From Bacteroidales bacterium (GTDB taxonomy: Bacteria; Bacteroidota; Bacteroidia; Bacteroidales; WCHB1-69), in contig JAEETJ010000009.1 of NCBI GenBank assembly GCA_016290295.1, forward strand, positions 27,794-91,793: 64,000 bases of DNA, read 5' to 3'. Each line of letters begins with the position of its first letter. The first letter of the stretch is position 1. The translations under genes and the position numbers were made by a program. This document shows positions 7,812 through 18,100 of this stretch, in pieces. The notes beneath the pieces were generated by a model that saw only the letters and a program-made list of their open reading frames with translations, made no database searches and was not told the origin of the DNA.

Positions 7812-9758
7812 TTATTGTTCGTTTTTCTCTAAGTCTTCTTTCAGAGACTGAAGAATGTTCAAGTCACCCAAAGTGGTCTTTTCAGCATTGCTTTCGTTCA
7901 CTTTGTTGATGTCTTTTTGTTTCTTCTTTTCTTCAGCCTTGATGCGTTTCTCTTCGTCTTCCTTGGTCTCCTGCCATACTTTTGTATGAGACAGGGTGAT
8001 CTTCTTGGCTTCCTTAGAGAATTCGATAACTCTGAAAGGCAGAACTTCGTCAACCTTAGCGTTTGACTTGTCTTCCTTCATCAGGCCACGGTTGAAAGCG
8101 AAACCTTCGATACCGTAAGGCAGAGCAACGATAGCACCCTTGTCGGTCATGCTGGTGATGGTACCTTCGTGGATAGAACCAACGGTGAATACGGTTTCGA
8201 AAACATCCCAAGGATTCTCTTCGAGCTGTTTGTGACCCAAGCTCAGACGGCGGTTTTCAGTGTCCACTTCAAGAACAACAACCTCGATGGGTTCGCCGAT
8301 CTTGGTGAATTCAGCCGGATGTTTGATTTTCTTGGACCATGACAGGTCGGAGATGTGAATTAGACCGTCAACACCTTCTTCGAGTTCAACAAAGATACCG
8401 AAGTTAGTGAAGTTGCGAACGGTAGCGGTATGTTTTGAGCCAACAGGATATTTGGTCAGAATGTCTGCCCAAGGATCCGGAATCAGCTGTTTGATACCGA
8501 GAGACATCTTTCTTTCTTCGCGGTCGAGAGTCAATACAACAGCTTCCACTTCGTCACCAACTTTCAGGAAGTCGTGAGCGGTACGCAGGTGCTGTGACCA
8601 TGACATTTCAGAAACGTGGATCAAACCTTCAACGCCGGGCAGAATCTCAACGAATGCGCCGTAGTCAGCGATAACCACCACTTTACCTTTAACCTTGTCA
8701 CCCACTTTGAGGTTGGGATCAAGAGCGTCCCAAGGATGCGGAGTCAGCTGTTTCAAGCCGAGAGCGATACGTTTCTTGTTTTCGTCGAAGTCGAGGATAA
8801 CCACGTTGATCTTCTGGTCGAGCTGAACGATTTCTTCGGGATGGATAATACGTCCCCATGACAGGTCGGTGATGTGGATCAAACCGTCTACGCCACCGAG
8901 GTCGATGAACACACCGTAAGAGGTGATGTTCTTGACAGTACCTTCCAGAATCTGACCTTTTTCGAGACCAGCGATAATCTGAGCTTTCTGGGCTTCGATA
9001 ACGTCTTCGATAAGGGCTTTGTGAGAAACAACCACATTTTTGTACTCGTGGTTGATCTTGACAACCTTGAATTCCATGGTTTTGTCAACAAATACGTCGT
9101 AGTCGCGGATGGGCTTAACGTCGATTTGTGAACCGGGCAAGAAGGCTTCGATGCCGAATACGTCAACGATCAAGCCACCTTTGGTTCTGCTTTTAACATA
9201 ACCGGTGATGATTTCCTGGTTGTCGTAAGCTTCGTTAACACGCTGCCATGATTTGAGGATGCGGGCTTTCTTGTGAGAAAGCTGCAACTGACCATTGGCA
9301 TCTTCTTGGCTTTCTACGTAAACTTCGATTTTGTCACCGATTTTGAGGTCGGGGTTGTAACGAAGTTCGGAAGCGGCGATAACACCATCAGATTTGAAAC
9401 CGATGTTCACCACGATTTCGCGGCTGTTGATAGATACTACAGTACCTTCGATAACAGCTTGTTCGTCGATGGATTTGAAAGACTTGGTGTAAGCTTCTTC
9501 CAGTTTTTCTTTTTCTTGGTCATCATACTTGTGACCTTTTTTGTCCAAAGAGGACCAATCAAAATTGTCCAGTGAGCCGTATTCGTTCTGGATAGTGGGC
9601 ATGGTGCGAGGTTTCTTTTCCACTTCGGGAAGTTCCTCTGCAACGGGTGCAGCCTTCTCCTGAGCTTCTGCAACGGGAGCTTGTTCAACTTGATTTTCTT
9701 CAGCAGCAGGAGCTTGTTCTGCTACGGGTTCCTGGTTTTCTAATAATTCTTCTGACAT
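7812..9758 (-). CDS. rpsA: 30S ribosomal protein S1
   Basis: Multiple S1 domains (GTVVSINSREIVVNIGFKSDG, GYVKSRTKGGLIVDVFGIEAFLPGSQ, GTVKNITSYGVFIDLGGVDGLIHITD and others). I prefer the start MSEELLENQ (ATG at 9758) over the GTG at 9830. Confidence 0.93.
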   Translation of the reverse strand: MSEELLENQEPVAEQAPAAEENQVEQAPVAEAQEKAAPVAEELPEVEKKPRTMPTIQNEYGSLDNFDWSSLDKKGHKYDDQEKEKLEEAYTKSFKSIDEQAVIEGTVVSINSREIVVNIGFKSDGVIAASELRYNPDLKIGDKIEVYVESQEDANGQLQLSHKKARILKSWQRVNEAYDNQEIITGYVKSRTKGGLIVDVFGIEAFLPGSQIDVKPIRDYDVFVDKTMEFKVVKINHEYKNVVVSHKALIEDVIEAQKAQIIAGLEKGQILEGTVKNITSYGVFIDLGGVDGLIHITDLSWGRIIHPEEIVQLDQKINVVILDFDENKKRIALGLKQLTPHPWDALDPNLKVGDKVKGKVVVIADYGAFVEILPGVEGLIHVSEMSWSQHLRTAHDFLKVGDEVEAVVLTLDREERKMSLGIKQLIPDPWADILTKYPVGSKHTATVRNFTNFGIFVELEEGVDGLIHISDLSWSKKIKHPAEFTKIGEPIEVVVLEVDTENRRLSLGHKQLEENPWDVFETVFTVGSIHEGTITSMTDKGAIVALPYGIEGFAFNRGLMKEDKSNAKVDEVLPFRVIEFSKEAKKITLSHTKVWQETKEDEEKRIKAEEKKKQKDINKVNESNAEKTTLGDLNILQSLKEDLEKNEQ

Positions 9759-9860
9759 TTTGTTTTTTAACGACCTGAATGTTGCAGGTCTTTTTTTAGG
9801 TTTTACAATGAGGTTAACTGTCTGTAACACAATTTAAAGAGCCTCTTTCAAATTGGGCTG

Positions 9861-9868
9861 CAAAAATA
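9861..9868 (-). promoter_or_regulatory. Bacteroidota -7 box upstream of rpsA
   Basis: Reverse complement TATTTTTG, about 100 nt upstream of ATG 9758. Confidence 0.4.
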
Positions 9869-9928
9869 CGAAAATTTTTTGAGATACAGCTGCTTAAATT
9901 TAAATTTATTTAGCCAATGATAATTAGG

Positions 9929-10000
9929 GGGGAGTTTCGCACTTCGTGCTCAAGGGGAGTGCTTCGCAGGGGAGTCTCACGCTGTACGTTCGAGGGGAGT
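9929..10000. repeat. Four GGGGAGT boxes, each followed by a mini-hairpin
   Basis: GGGGAGT occurs at 9929, 9954, 9969 and 9994. The hairpins are GCAC-TTC-GTGC, TGC-TTC-GCA and ACG-CTGT-ACGT-like. The block is flanked by the 11-bp direct repeat GCCAATGATAA (9913 and 10009). Confidence 0.7.
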
Positions 10001-10020
10001 TTTAATGTGCCAATGATAAA

Positions 10021-10052
10021 AGTTGAAAGTTGAAAGTTGAAAACTGAAAGTT
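10021..10052. repeat. 7-bp array AGTTGAA x3 plus AACTGAA plus a partial unit
   Basis: Read directly from the sequence. Confidence 0.85.
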
Positions 10053-10065
10053 ATATTTTAAAATT

Positions 10066-10104
10066 CCTGACCCCTGACCCCTGACCCCTGATTCCTGATC
10101 ACTG
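10066..10104. repeat. 7-bp array CCTGACC x3, CCTGATT, CCTGATC; overlaps the rsmE stop
   Basis: Read directly. The rsmE stop (10099-10101) lies in the last degenerate units. Confidence 0.85.
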
Positions 10105-10797
10105 CATGCCCGCATAAACACAAACCCCATACAGTCCGGCGGTTTCGGTGCGCAAACGCCTTGAACCCAACTTGATGGCTTTGTAGCCGTTCTGTTCCGC
10201 CAAAGTTATTTCCTCGGGACTGAAATCCCCCTCGGGACCTATCAGCAAAATAACATCCTTGTCTTTGAGCTCCTGTTGGGCAAACTCTTCATGGTTATGT
10301 TCGTCGCACCAGGCAATATAGCGATGCTCTATGGTATTGTTGTTGATTATAAAATCTTTGTAATCAATTATTTGCATCAAAGGAATAAGGCTTGTGTTCG
10401 ATTGCTTGATGGCGGAGATGGCTATGCGTTGCAGTCGATCCAAGTCTATTTTTGTCCTTTCAGAGTGCTCACACCTGATGAAGCTCAGTTGTTCGATGCC
10501 TATTTCAATGCTTTTCTCCACCAGCCATTCTATACGGTCGGCATTTTTGGTGGGGGCAATGGCCAGATGGAAGCAATGCTTCCTCATGGCATATTGCTCT
10601 TCAATCTCGAGAATTTGCACGGTACAATGGCCCGGGGAGGTATCCATGATTTGCACCGTTGCTCTTCGGCCTTGACCGTCGGTAACATAGATTTTGTCAC
10701 CTGTTTTTTTGCGAAGGGCTTTCACGCAATGTTTTGCTTCCTCGGGGAGTAGTTCGAAAACGGGATGTGACAGATCCGGATGATAGAAAAACTGCAT
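10099..10797 (-). CDS. rsmE: 16S rRNA (uracil1498-N3)-methyltransferase RsmE family
   Basis: MQFFYHPDL...EEAKHCVKALRKKTGDKIYVTDGQG...LLIGPEGDFSPEE shows RsmE-type PUA plus SPOUT motifs. Confidence 0.8.
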   Translation of the reverse strand: MQFFYHPDLSHPVFELLPEEAKHCVKALRKKTGDKIYVTDGQGRRATVQIMDTSPGHCTVQILEIEEQYAMRKHCFHLAIAPTKNADRIEWLVEKSIEIGIEQLSFIRCEHSERTKIDLDRLQRIAISAIKQSNTSLIPLMQIIDYKDFIINNNTIEHRYIAWCDEHNHEEFAQQELKDKDVILLIGPEGDFSPEEITLAEQNGYKAIKLGSRRLRTETAGLYGVCVYAGMQ

Positions 10798-10809
10798 AAT
10801 CGCTGTAGA

Positions 10810-12114
10810 TTATTGGGGCTTGCCAAGCAGGCGGAACATGTTTTTCTTGTAGGCTTCCACACCAGGTTGGTCGAAGGGGTTGATGTCCAGCAGATAGCCA
10901 CCCAAAGCGCAGCTGAATTCAAAGAAATAGATGAGTTGTCCTAAGTTGTTTTCGTCCACTTTGGGAACTATCAGTCGCAGGTTGGGAACCTTGCCGTCCA
11001 CATGGGCCATACGAGTTCCTTCTTCAGCCGTGAGGTTGATTTCCTGAATGGATTTGCCTAAGAGATAGTTGAGCTTGTCAAGGTTCTCTGCATCTTCTGG
11101 AATGGGTACCTGGAAGCGTGATTGCTGGATGGAAAGCACGGTTTCAAACAGGTGACGCTCACCTTCCTGGATATACTGACCCAAAGAGTGCAGGTCGGTG
11201 GAAAAAGTGGCTCCTGTGGGGAAGATGCCCTTGCCTTCTTTGCCTTCGCTTTCGCCGAAAAGTTGCTTGTACCATTCGATAAAGAAAGCCAGCTTTGGAT
11301 TGTAGGCCACCATTAATTCTATTTTCTTGCCGCTTTGATATAGCAGGTAGCGTATCAGGGCGTATTGTTGGGCGATATTGTCGTTCAGATTGGTTTGTGA
11401 CAGCAATTCATGACGCATGGCGCGAGCACCGGCAATCAGCTGGCGAATGTCGAAGCCTGCCACAGCGATAGGCAGTAAGCCGACGGGGGTAAGCACAGAA
11501 TAACGGCCACCTACGTCATCAGGGATCACGAAAGTCTCGTAACCATTGGCGTCTGCCATCTGTTTCAGGGCTCCACGGGTTTTGTCGGTGATGGCCACAA
11601 TACGCTGTTTGGCCCATTCTTTGCCATACTTGTCCTCGCAATGTTTTTTCAAAATTCTGAAGGCTATGGCCGGCTCGGTGGTGGTGCCAGATTTGGAGAT
11701 GACAATCAGGGAATAATCCTTATGGTCGAGCACTTCCAGCAATTCGCAAAGGTTGTCTTCGCTGATATTGTTACCTGCGTATGTGACGTATGGGGCATGG
11801 TTGTCGCTGAAGGGACTGAAGCCTTTGTAGCTGTGTTGCAAGGCTTCAATTACGGCACGGGCACCAAGATATGAGCCGCCGATGCCAATGACCACGACAA
11901 TCTCTGATTGGCGTTCCAGGCGGTTGGCACAGCTCTGGATTTGATTGAGCAAAACTTCGTCAGTTTCTTCCGGCAAATCAAGCCAACCAAGGAAATCGTT
12001 GCCTTTACCACTTTTTGTGGTCAGTTGTTGGTAGACTTTCGAGATTTCTTCCTGATGTTGTTGCATGTCAGCATCAGAAAACAATAGATTTTGACTGTAA
12101 TTGAATTGTATCAT
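10810..12114 (-). CDS. pgi: Glucose-6-phosphate isomerase
   Basis: GIGGSYLGARA, ISKSGTTTEP, DDVGGRYSVL and FGESEGKEGKGIFP are PGI signatures. Confidence 0.9.
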   Translation of the reverse strand: MIQFNYSQNLLFSDADMQQHQEEISKVYQQLTTKSGKGNDFLGWLDLPEETDEVLLNQIQSCANRLERQSEIVVVIGIGGSYLGARAVIEALQHSYKGFSPFSDNHAPYVTYAGNNISEDNLCELLEVLDHKDYSLIVISKSGTTTEPAIAFRILKKHCEDKYGKEWAKQRIVAITDKTRGALKQMADANGYETFVIPDDVGGRYSVLTPVGLLPIAVAGFDIRQLIAGARAMRHELLSQTNLNDNIAQQYALIRYLLYQSGKKIELMVAYNPKLAFFIEWYKQLFGESEGKEGKGIFPTGATFSTDLHSLGQYIQEGERHLFETVLSIQQSRFQVPIPEDAENLDKLNYLLGKSIQEINLTAEEGTRMAHVDGKVPNLRLIVPKVDENNLGQLIYFFEFSCALGGYLLDINPFDQPGVEAYKKNMFRLLGKPQ

Positions 12115-12139
12115 AGCTTTTGTTTTTTGATTATCGCGA

Positions 12140-13603
12140 TTATTCGGGTATTACTTCGAAGTTGCGTCTGGTTTTCCTTTCTATTCTTTTCTCTTGGGTC
12201 TGGCCCCAGTCGAAGACTAAACCTACTTGTACGTTGGCATTGTTGGCGTTAAGGATAGCGCGTTGTATGCTTTTGCTATTAATGAAGCCGAATATATTGT
12301 CGGTAACGACATACAAGTGGAATATTTTCAAGTTGAATCCCACACCCAAGCCGAGGTTGGTGTAACTTCTTTTGGCCACCGTATAGCTTACACAAAGGTC
12401 GAAATAGTTAAGGAAATTACCATTCCATGCCACAGTGAAAGAGGGTATGAATTGCTTGTTGACGATTCTGCCTTGGAACAGGGCGGAGAGACGGTGATGC
12501 TTGCCCAGGTTGCAGTAGCCCTCCACCAAAAAACGGGCGGCAAGAACACTTGTATAAGATTTTATGTTAGTTTTTTCAATAGGAAAAAACTTATGGACCA
12601 CGTCGAGCACTGATTCGGATTCGCCCGAATATTGTTCCATTACATCCTGGAGAATGCCGTTGAAAACGAGATTGCCATCATGATAATTGGGATTTGCCTC
12701 ATTAACAGTACCGTAAGTTCTCTTGCAATTGTGATTCCATCGGATAAAGCCTAAATCCAATACGGAAGCGGCAACTCCAAACATGTTGTTGATACGGTAG
12801 GTCATGCCAAAATCAAGGGCAGCTCCCATATTTTTAAAGGATTTGCCCAGGTTATTCATGATGTTTTCTGTTTCGAAATTGAAATTCAGATCTCCATTTG
12901 GACTCATTCCAATGCTATATGGAATGGCCGTTGAAGTATAGTATTCAATACCATAGTTCATGGTCAAGGTATAGTCTTCCGGGTCTGTATAGAGTGTGGC
13001 ATTTGCTTTCCTTGTTTTGATGTTGGCAATGCCAAAAAGCAGCTTAGGTCGGAAACCGAGATAAAGGCAGGAATTGATATCCACTTGCATTCCTAATGCA
13101 AATTCCTGATAGGCGTTCATACTTAATCTGAGTTCGGGACGTGCCGGATTCTTTGGCCCGAGATAACTCATATTGCCATGTACGGGAAGTGCGATAAGGT
13201 CTTTGTTGTAGCTGCAGTACTCGTCCATACGGATACGATAACTGAAAGAAAAACGTATGGGCTTGGTTCTGAAACCAAAATCAATAATATTGACAGCCAC
13301 GTTGGTATTCAACATGTTTTTTTTATTCGACAGCTTACTGACAAAATTATTGAGATTGATGTTGATATTCCCGTTGTTGTTGGAAACATAAATGTTTTTG
13401 TACCGTGCACTGGTATTGGTTAAGGCTGCATTGACATGGCTGATGCCAGGAATGCCTACATAACCATTGTATTGCAGATGCATTGAGGGGTTATAGTAGT
13501 CAGAATAGGGATTCAAACGCATAAAATGGAGCGTGATTCCATCTTGGGCCGCTAAAGTCCATGCCAAAGTGCTGACAATTATAAGTAGAATGTATTTTTT
13601 CAT
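12140..13603 (-). CDS. Outer-membrane beta-barrel-like protein, possibly PorP/SprF-related
   Basis: Signal peptide. The N-terminal ...FMRLNPYSDYYNPS resembles the PorP/SprF N-motif, and the sequence has an alternating beta-strand-like character. It is the last gene of the cluster headed by a type-B-CTD T9SS cargo gene. The family call is tentative. Confidence 0.45.
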   Translation of the reverse strand: MKKYILLIIVSTLAWTLAAQDGITLHFMRLNPYSDYYNPSMHLQYNGYVGIPGISHVNAALTNTSARYKNIYVSNNNGNININLNNFVSKLSNKKNMLNTNVAVNIIDFGFRTKPIRFSFSYRIRMDEYCSYNKDLIALPVHGNMSYLGPKNPARPELRLSMNAYQEFALGMQVDINSCLYLGFRPKLLFGIANIKTRKANATLYTDPEDYTLTMNYGIEYYTSTAIPYSIGMSPNGDLNFNFETENIMNNLGKSFKNMGAALDFGMTYRINNMFGVAASVLDLGFIRWNHNCKRTYGTVNEANPNYHDGNLVFNGILQDVMEQYSGESESVLDVVHKFFPIEKTNIKSYTSVLAARFLVEGYCNLGKHHRLSALFQGRIVNKQFIPSFTVAWNGNFLNYFDLCVSYTVAKRSYTNLGLGVGFNLKIFHLYVVTDNIFGFINSKSIQRAILNANNANVQVGLVFDWGQTQEKRIERKTRRNFEVIPE

Positions 13604-13606
13604 CTT

Positions 13607-15118
13607 TTAAAAATTAATTGTTGAATAGGATACTTTAGCACCCATTGCGATATTAACATATTGCGAATCAGTGATTTCAACAGTATTTCCATTGGTGGTG
13701 ATGTGGAAATTGAAAATCACTTTGTCCGACTGGATGATTTTTTGTGCATTCTCATTTGTGAATTCAATATAAATGGGTTCGTTTACGTATGGAACACCGT
13801 TGTAGGAACCATGTATCTGAACGTTATTCAAATTCAATTGATATTTTTCACCATTTTTGGTATTCAGGAATTCGATGGTGGGTGTCAAGTCAAAAGGAAA
13901 TGCATTAGTCAGCGCAATCCTGATAGTGATTTTCTCTATAGACTGGGAGGCGATCACATTGAAAGCTTCATACAGTGAGCTTTCCAAAGTGTCGTGATAT
14001 ACCGCATTGTCAACAGACAAATTGGTGGGGATTTCGGTCTTGATTTTCAAACTTAAGGATGAATTCTCATCCACGTTAATATCTCCGGCAGCGAAGCCAT
14101 CAGGGTTGACATTGAGGTCGCCTCGTAATTTCAGCGCGTTAATGTCGCGATTGAATGTGATGGGCTGCAGATTGGTTTCTGCCACTTGCACATACTGGTT
14201 GGCGGAGAGGGGAGAGAATAAGGAAACAGGACTGGAAATCAATGGGTGAGTGCCACTTTGTTCTCCCTGCAAGCTGAGTTCATTGAGGGAACCTCCAATA
14301 GTACATAAACTATTTTTGCTAAACAGGCTTGCTTTGGCATTATTGAATTGGATGTGGTCGAATTGGAATTTGTTAAGTGGCAGTGAGAATCCCATGGTTT
14401 GGTCTAATTCCACTTCAACAGGACTAAATTGTGCGGTAAGACTTTGAATGACAAAATTGGTTAAGGAGCTGTGGCATTCGTAGCTGATTTGATAAACCGG
14501 AACATCGGCGCTGACCGTAATAGTGGCACCGATGATGAGTGTTCCCATCGCATTGGGCATTATTTTGTGGTTACTGAGGTTTATGCTTTGTTGATGTTGT
14601 GTATTGCTAAAATTCAATTGGATGGGATTGCCGCTCATATCAGTGATATTTTCGCTTGTCAGAATGGCTGTATAATCGAAATTGGCGGATGTGATATTGA
14701 AGGACAGGGTCAGAATACCTGATTTGATGGTGGCGGATTTGACTAACACATCTTCGCTGCTCAGGTTGATGGGTAGCAATTCTGTAACTTGGAAAGTGGG
14801 AAGTGTGTCAATATACACCACACCTGTCGAGTCATAGGTCTTGTCTTGGATTTCAAAAATGTGTCTCATGGATACAAGTTCATTGGCCTCACGCTCAATG
14901 ATAATTTTGAAGACCCCATTTTCTCCTGCTTGCAAATATTGCACACTGTCCATCCTGTCTAACAGCTGATCCAAGCCGATTTTCTTATTGATAATGGGAA
15001 TTCCCCATTCTCCATCAGCATCAATATGGTCATGAGTGAAAAGATTATCATGACAAGATGATAGAGAAAAAACTGAAAACATCAGTATAAAGTAAAAGAG
15101 AAGATGATGACGTTTCAT
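13607..15118 (-). CDS. Hypothetical lipoprotein
   Basis: I prefer the start MKRHHLLFYFILMFSVFSLSSC (lipobox, ATG at 15118). No family recognised. Confidence 0.55.
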   Translation of the reverse strand: MKRHHLLFYFILMFSVFSLSSCHDNLFTHDHIDADGEWGIPIINKKIGLDQLLDRMDSVQYLQAGENGVFKIIIEREANELVSMRHIFEIQDKTYDSTGVVYIDTLPTFQVTELLPINLSSEDVLVKSATIKSGILTLSFNITSANFDYTAILTSENITDMSGNPIQLNFSNTQHQQSINLSNHKIMPNAMGTLIIGATITVSADVPVYQISYECHSSLTNFVIQSLTAQFSPVEVELDQTMGFSLPLNKFQFDHIQFNNAKASLFSKNSLCTIGGSLNELSLQGEQSGTHPLISSPVSLFSPLSANQYVQVAETNLQPITFNRDINALKLRGDLNVNPDGFAAGDINVDENSSLSLKIKTEIPTNLSVDNAVYHDTLESSLYEAFNVIASQSIEKITIRIALTNAFPFDLTPTIEFLNTKNGEKYQLNLNNVQIHGSYNGVPYVNEPIYIEFTNENAQKIIQSDKVIFNFHITTNGNTVEITDSQYVNIAMGAKVSYSTINF

Positions 15119-15181
15119 TGTGGTAATTTTTTGCAATAATAGTGAATTATCTTTTATTATCAAAAGGTTTTCTGAAAAAAA

Positions 15182-18100
15182 TTAATAGATGAGGCTGATA
15201 TTTCCTTTTTTGATAATAGTCTCATCATTAATACAGGTTCCTTTCAGATAGTAATCATAAACGCCCTGTTCACAATGCATTCCTCTGAAGGTCCCATCCC
15301 ATCCTTTGTCTAAGCTGCTGCTTTCAAAGATGAGCTCGCCCCAACGGTTGTATATACGAAGAGTGAATTCTTTGAGTATGCTGCTCCGCACGTATAAAAC
15401 ATCGTTCTTGCCATCTCCGTTAGGAGTAAAAGTGTTGGGTACAAATACCAGCGGCTCATCACATTCGAGAGGCAGTACCTCGATGGTTACTTTTTTTGAC
15501 AGAGTGCAGCCGTATTCGTCGGTGACAGTGACAGTGTAGGTTGTGGTTTCGAGAGGTGTCGCATTGGTCTCGGAATTGTTAGGGTTTGAGAGTCCTGTTG
15601 TGGGTGTCCATTGGTAGCTGTAGTTGCCGCTGTAACTGGTGGACTGCAACTGGGTGACAGTATTGGCAATGATGCTGCATTCGGAGCACCAGGCTTCCAA
15701 ACCTTCGGCGAAAGTTCCAATGCGTTTGGTGACGGGAATGGAAGCTGTGGCAGTGCATCCATATTCATTGGTAACGGTGACTGTGTATGTGATTGAATAA
15801 GCGGGGTGAATCCAGGGACTGTTGCTGTTACTTCCGCTCCCAATTCCGTCTAAAGGCTGCCATTGGTATTGCAAATTGTTGCCGCCGGTAGCATGAATCA
15901 TGAGTTGGATGCTGTCTTCGAAACAGATTCTTGCGGGCTGTGTTTCTTCAATGTTTACAGCGGAAATATGAACAGTGATGTCTTTTTCGATGGTACAAAG
16001 CAGGCCTTCCACTTTGAGATAATAGTGCGTGTCTTCTGTAGGGCTAACGTTGATTTGTTGCTGGTTTTCGGAAAAGGGATTGCTGTAATCGGGATGCAGT
16101 GACCAGACGATATGTGTTGGGCTTCCTGATGTGACGTTGAATTGGAGGTCGATATTGCTTCCAAGGCAGAGTGTGGTATCTGAGATGGGGCTGATTTGCA
16201 AATTCTCGACGTTGACACTTTGGTAGAGTGTGTCAGAGCAGAAGGGAGTGCTGATAATCAGTTGATAGGTTGTGGTGGTGGTAGGAGTTGCTATGGGGTT
16301 AGAGATTTGAGGGTTGCTGAGTGTGTTTTCTGGTGTCCAATGATATTGGATGTCTGTGCCTCCAGAGGGGGCTATTCCGATTTGGACAAATTCTCCGTTA
16401 CAAATACCTTTGGGAGCCAAGGTCTGCGAGCTGCCCGTTAATACCAGGATGTTTTTGCTGATGGAATCCAATATGTTACAGCTGCTATTATCACTGATGG
16501 TGAGGGTTACTTGATAAATGCCTCCCTGGGTGTATTGGTGCCACGGCGTCCTCTCTTCTGATGTAGTACCATCGCCAAAATCCCAGTGGAATTGTGTCCA
16601 CTGGCTATGTGTTTGTGAATTGTTGACGAAGAAGACCGTGTCAGGGTAACAGACAATGGAGGGGGCTACGAAATCGGCGATGATGAGTGGTAGGTTGAAG
16701 TCCATTTTGACAACGCCCAGGTTGCAGTTGGTGCTGCCGTTGACTTCACTCCAAGCACCAGGGGTGGTGGGGAAGTTGTCATCACCACCACAACCGGCGC
16801 AGATGGCCTGGTAAATCTTGCCTTTCTTGTCGAAGCGGCTGGTGCCGCCGTCCACGTGCTCACGAGAGTGCGGGCTGCCGAAGAATGTCGCATAAACCGG
16901 TGTGTTGCCGTCCTCGCGCAGACAGATAAAGTAATAGTCGCTGCCATCGGTGGTGACTTGGTGGGCGTCAGGGGTGATGGGCAATCCTTGGGTGCCACCG
17001 AAACCGTTGAGCTGGTGACTGCCCCAGCCGGACATATAGACCGTGTTGCAAAGGTCAACCAGCAGAGCTGTAGGGGATATGTCGGGACCGCTGCCACCTC
17101 CCACACCGTAGGCTGTGGACCAAATGATGCTGTCAAGGGTAGGGGTGAAGTGTGTGATAAACTGTCCTCCCCCTGCTTGTCCGTATAGTGTGTTCTGCAT
17201 CCAGCTGTTGCCTGCAGCCTTGGTCTGTCCGAAAATGTAAGGGTGGTTGTTGCGGTTGAGTTTCAGCAGATAGCTTTGGTCGTAGTCGCCTTTGCCGATG
17301 TAGGTGCAGTGCAGCAATTGGTCGCCATTTTCGCTGATGTGAGCTACAAAACCATCGCAGATGCCCCCTCCGTATGTGCCTTGGACGGCTGTGGCTGATA
17401 CGGGCAGGTCAGCAGTGTTGGTGCCCCCGCATAGATAAATGCTGTTGTCGCTGGCTAAGTCCATACTATAGCAGGCCTCGTCACCGACACCGCCAATATA
17501 GGAAGACCATATCAGATGAGAAAGAGATTGGTCCATTTTTAAGACGACCCCGTCTTTGTTGCCATTATTCTGGGTTTGGAAACTGCCTGCAGTGACGGGA
17601 AAGTCGGTTGAGTAGGTGCAACTGACCACATACACGTTGCTCTGCTCATCCACAATGATTTCACCTCTGGATTCGTCGGCATAGTTTTTTCTGAGTGGAC
17701 TACCGGTATTCAGACCGTCATTGCTGCTTCCACCAATAAAAGTGGATGCTAATAGACTGTCGCCATCGGCACTGAATTTGGTTATGAAAATGTCGGTTCC
17801 ATTGGGGAATTGGACGGAATTGTTCACATTGACGGGAACACCACCATTGAAGCTGTTGTCGTATGCTTGCGCTGTGGTGGGAAAAGTGTAGGAGCCTGTG
17901 GTTCCAAAGACATACAATTCGTCATTCTCATTGACAAACATGCTATGGGGACACTCTGCCGCGGTGCCTCCCAAGTAGGTGGAGTAATACAGCTGGCTAC
18001 CAGTGGAGTCAAATTTGGAAATGGCCACATCACAGGATCCACCCGCATAATCCACCTGGTAGTGATGTCCCACTTGGGTTGGATAGCCGACTCCGAAGGC

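Noticed and set aside
10003-10013. Possible sigma-54 promoter, because the reverse complement of the ATGTGCCAAT box contains TGGCAC.
   Set aside because: The required TTGC element at the correct 5-nt spacing is absent in all three copies.
9831-10098. Possible tRNA or other small RNA gene in the long intergenic regions (also 19649..19816, 34423..34646, 39344..39707 and 47226..47475).
   Set aside because: I found no cloverleaf-compatible arms or T-loop (GTTCRANYC) motif by eye. A tRNAscan/Infernal run would be needed to be certain.
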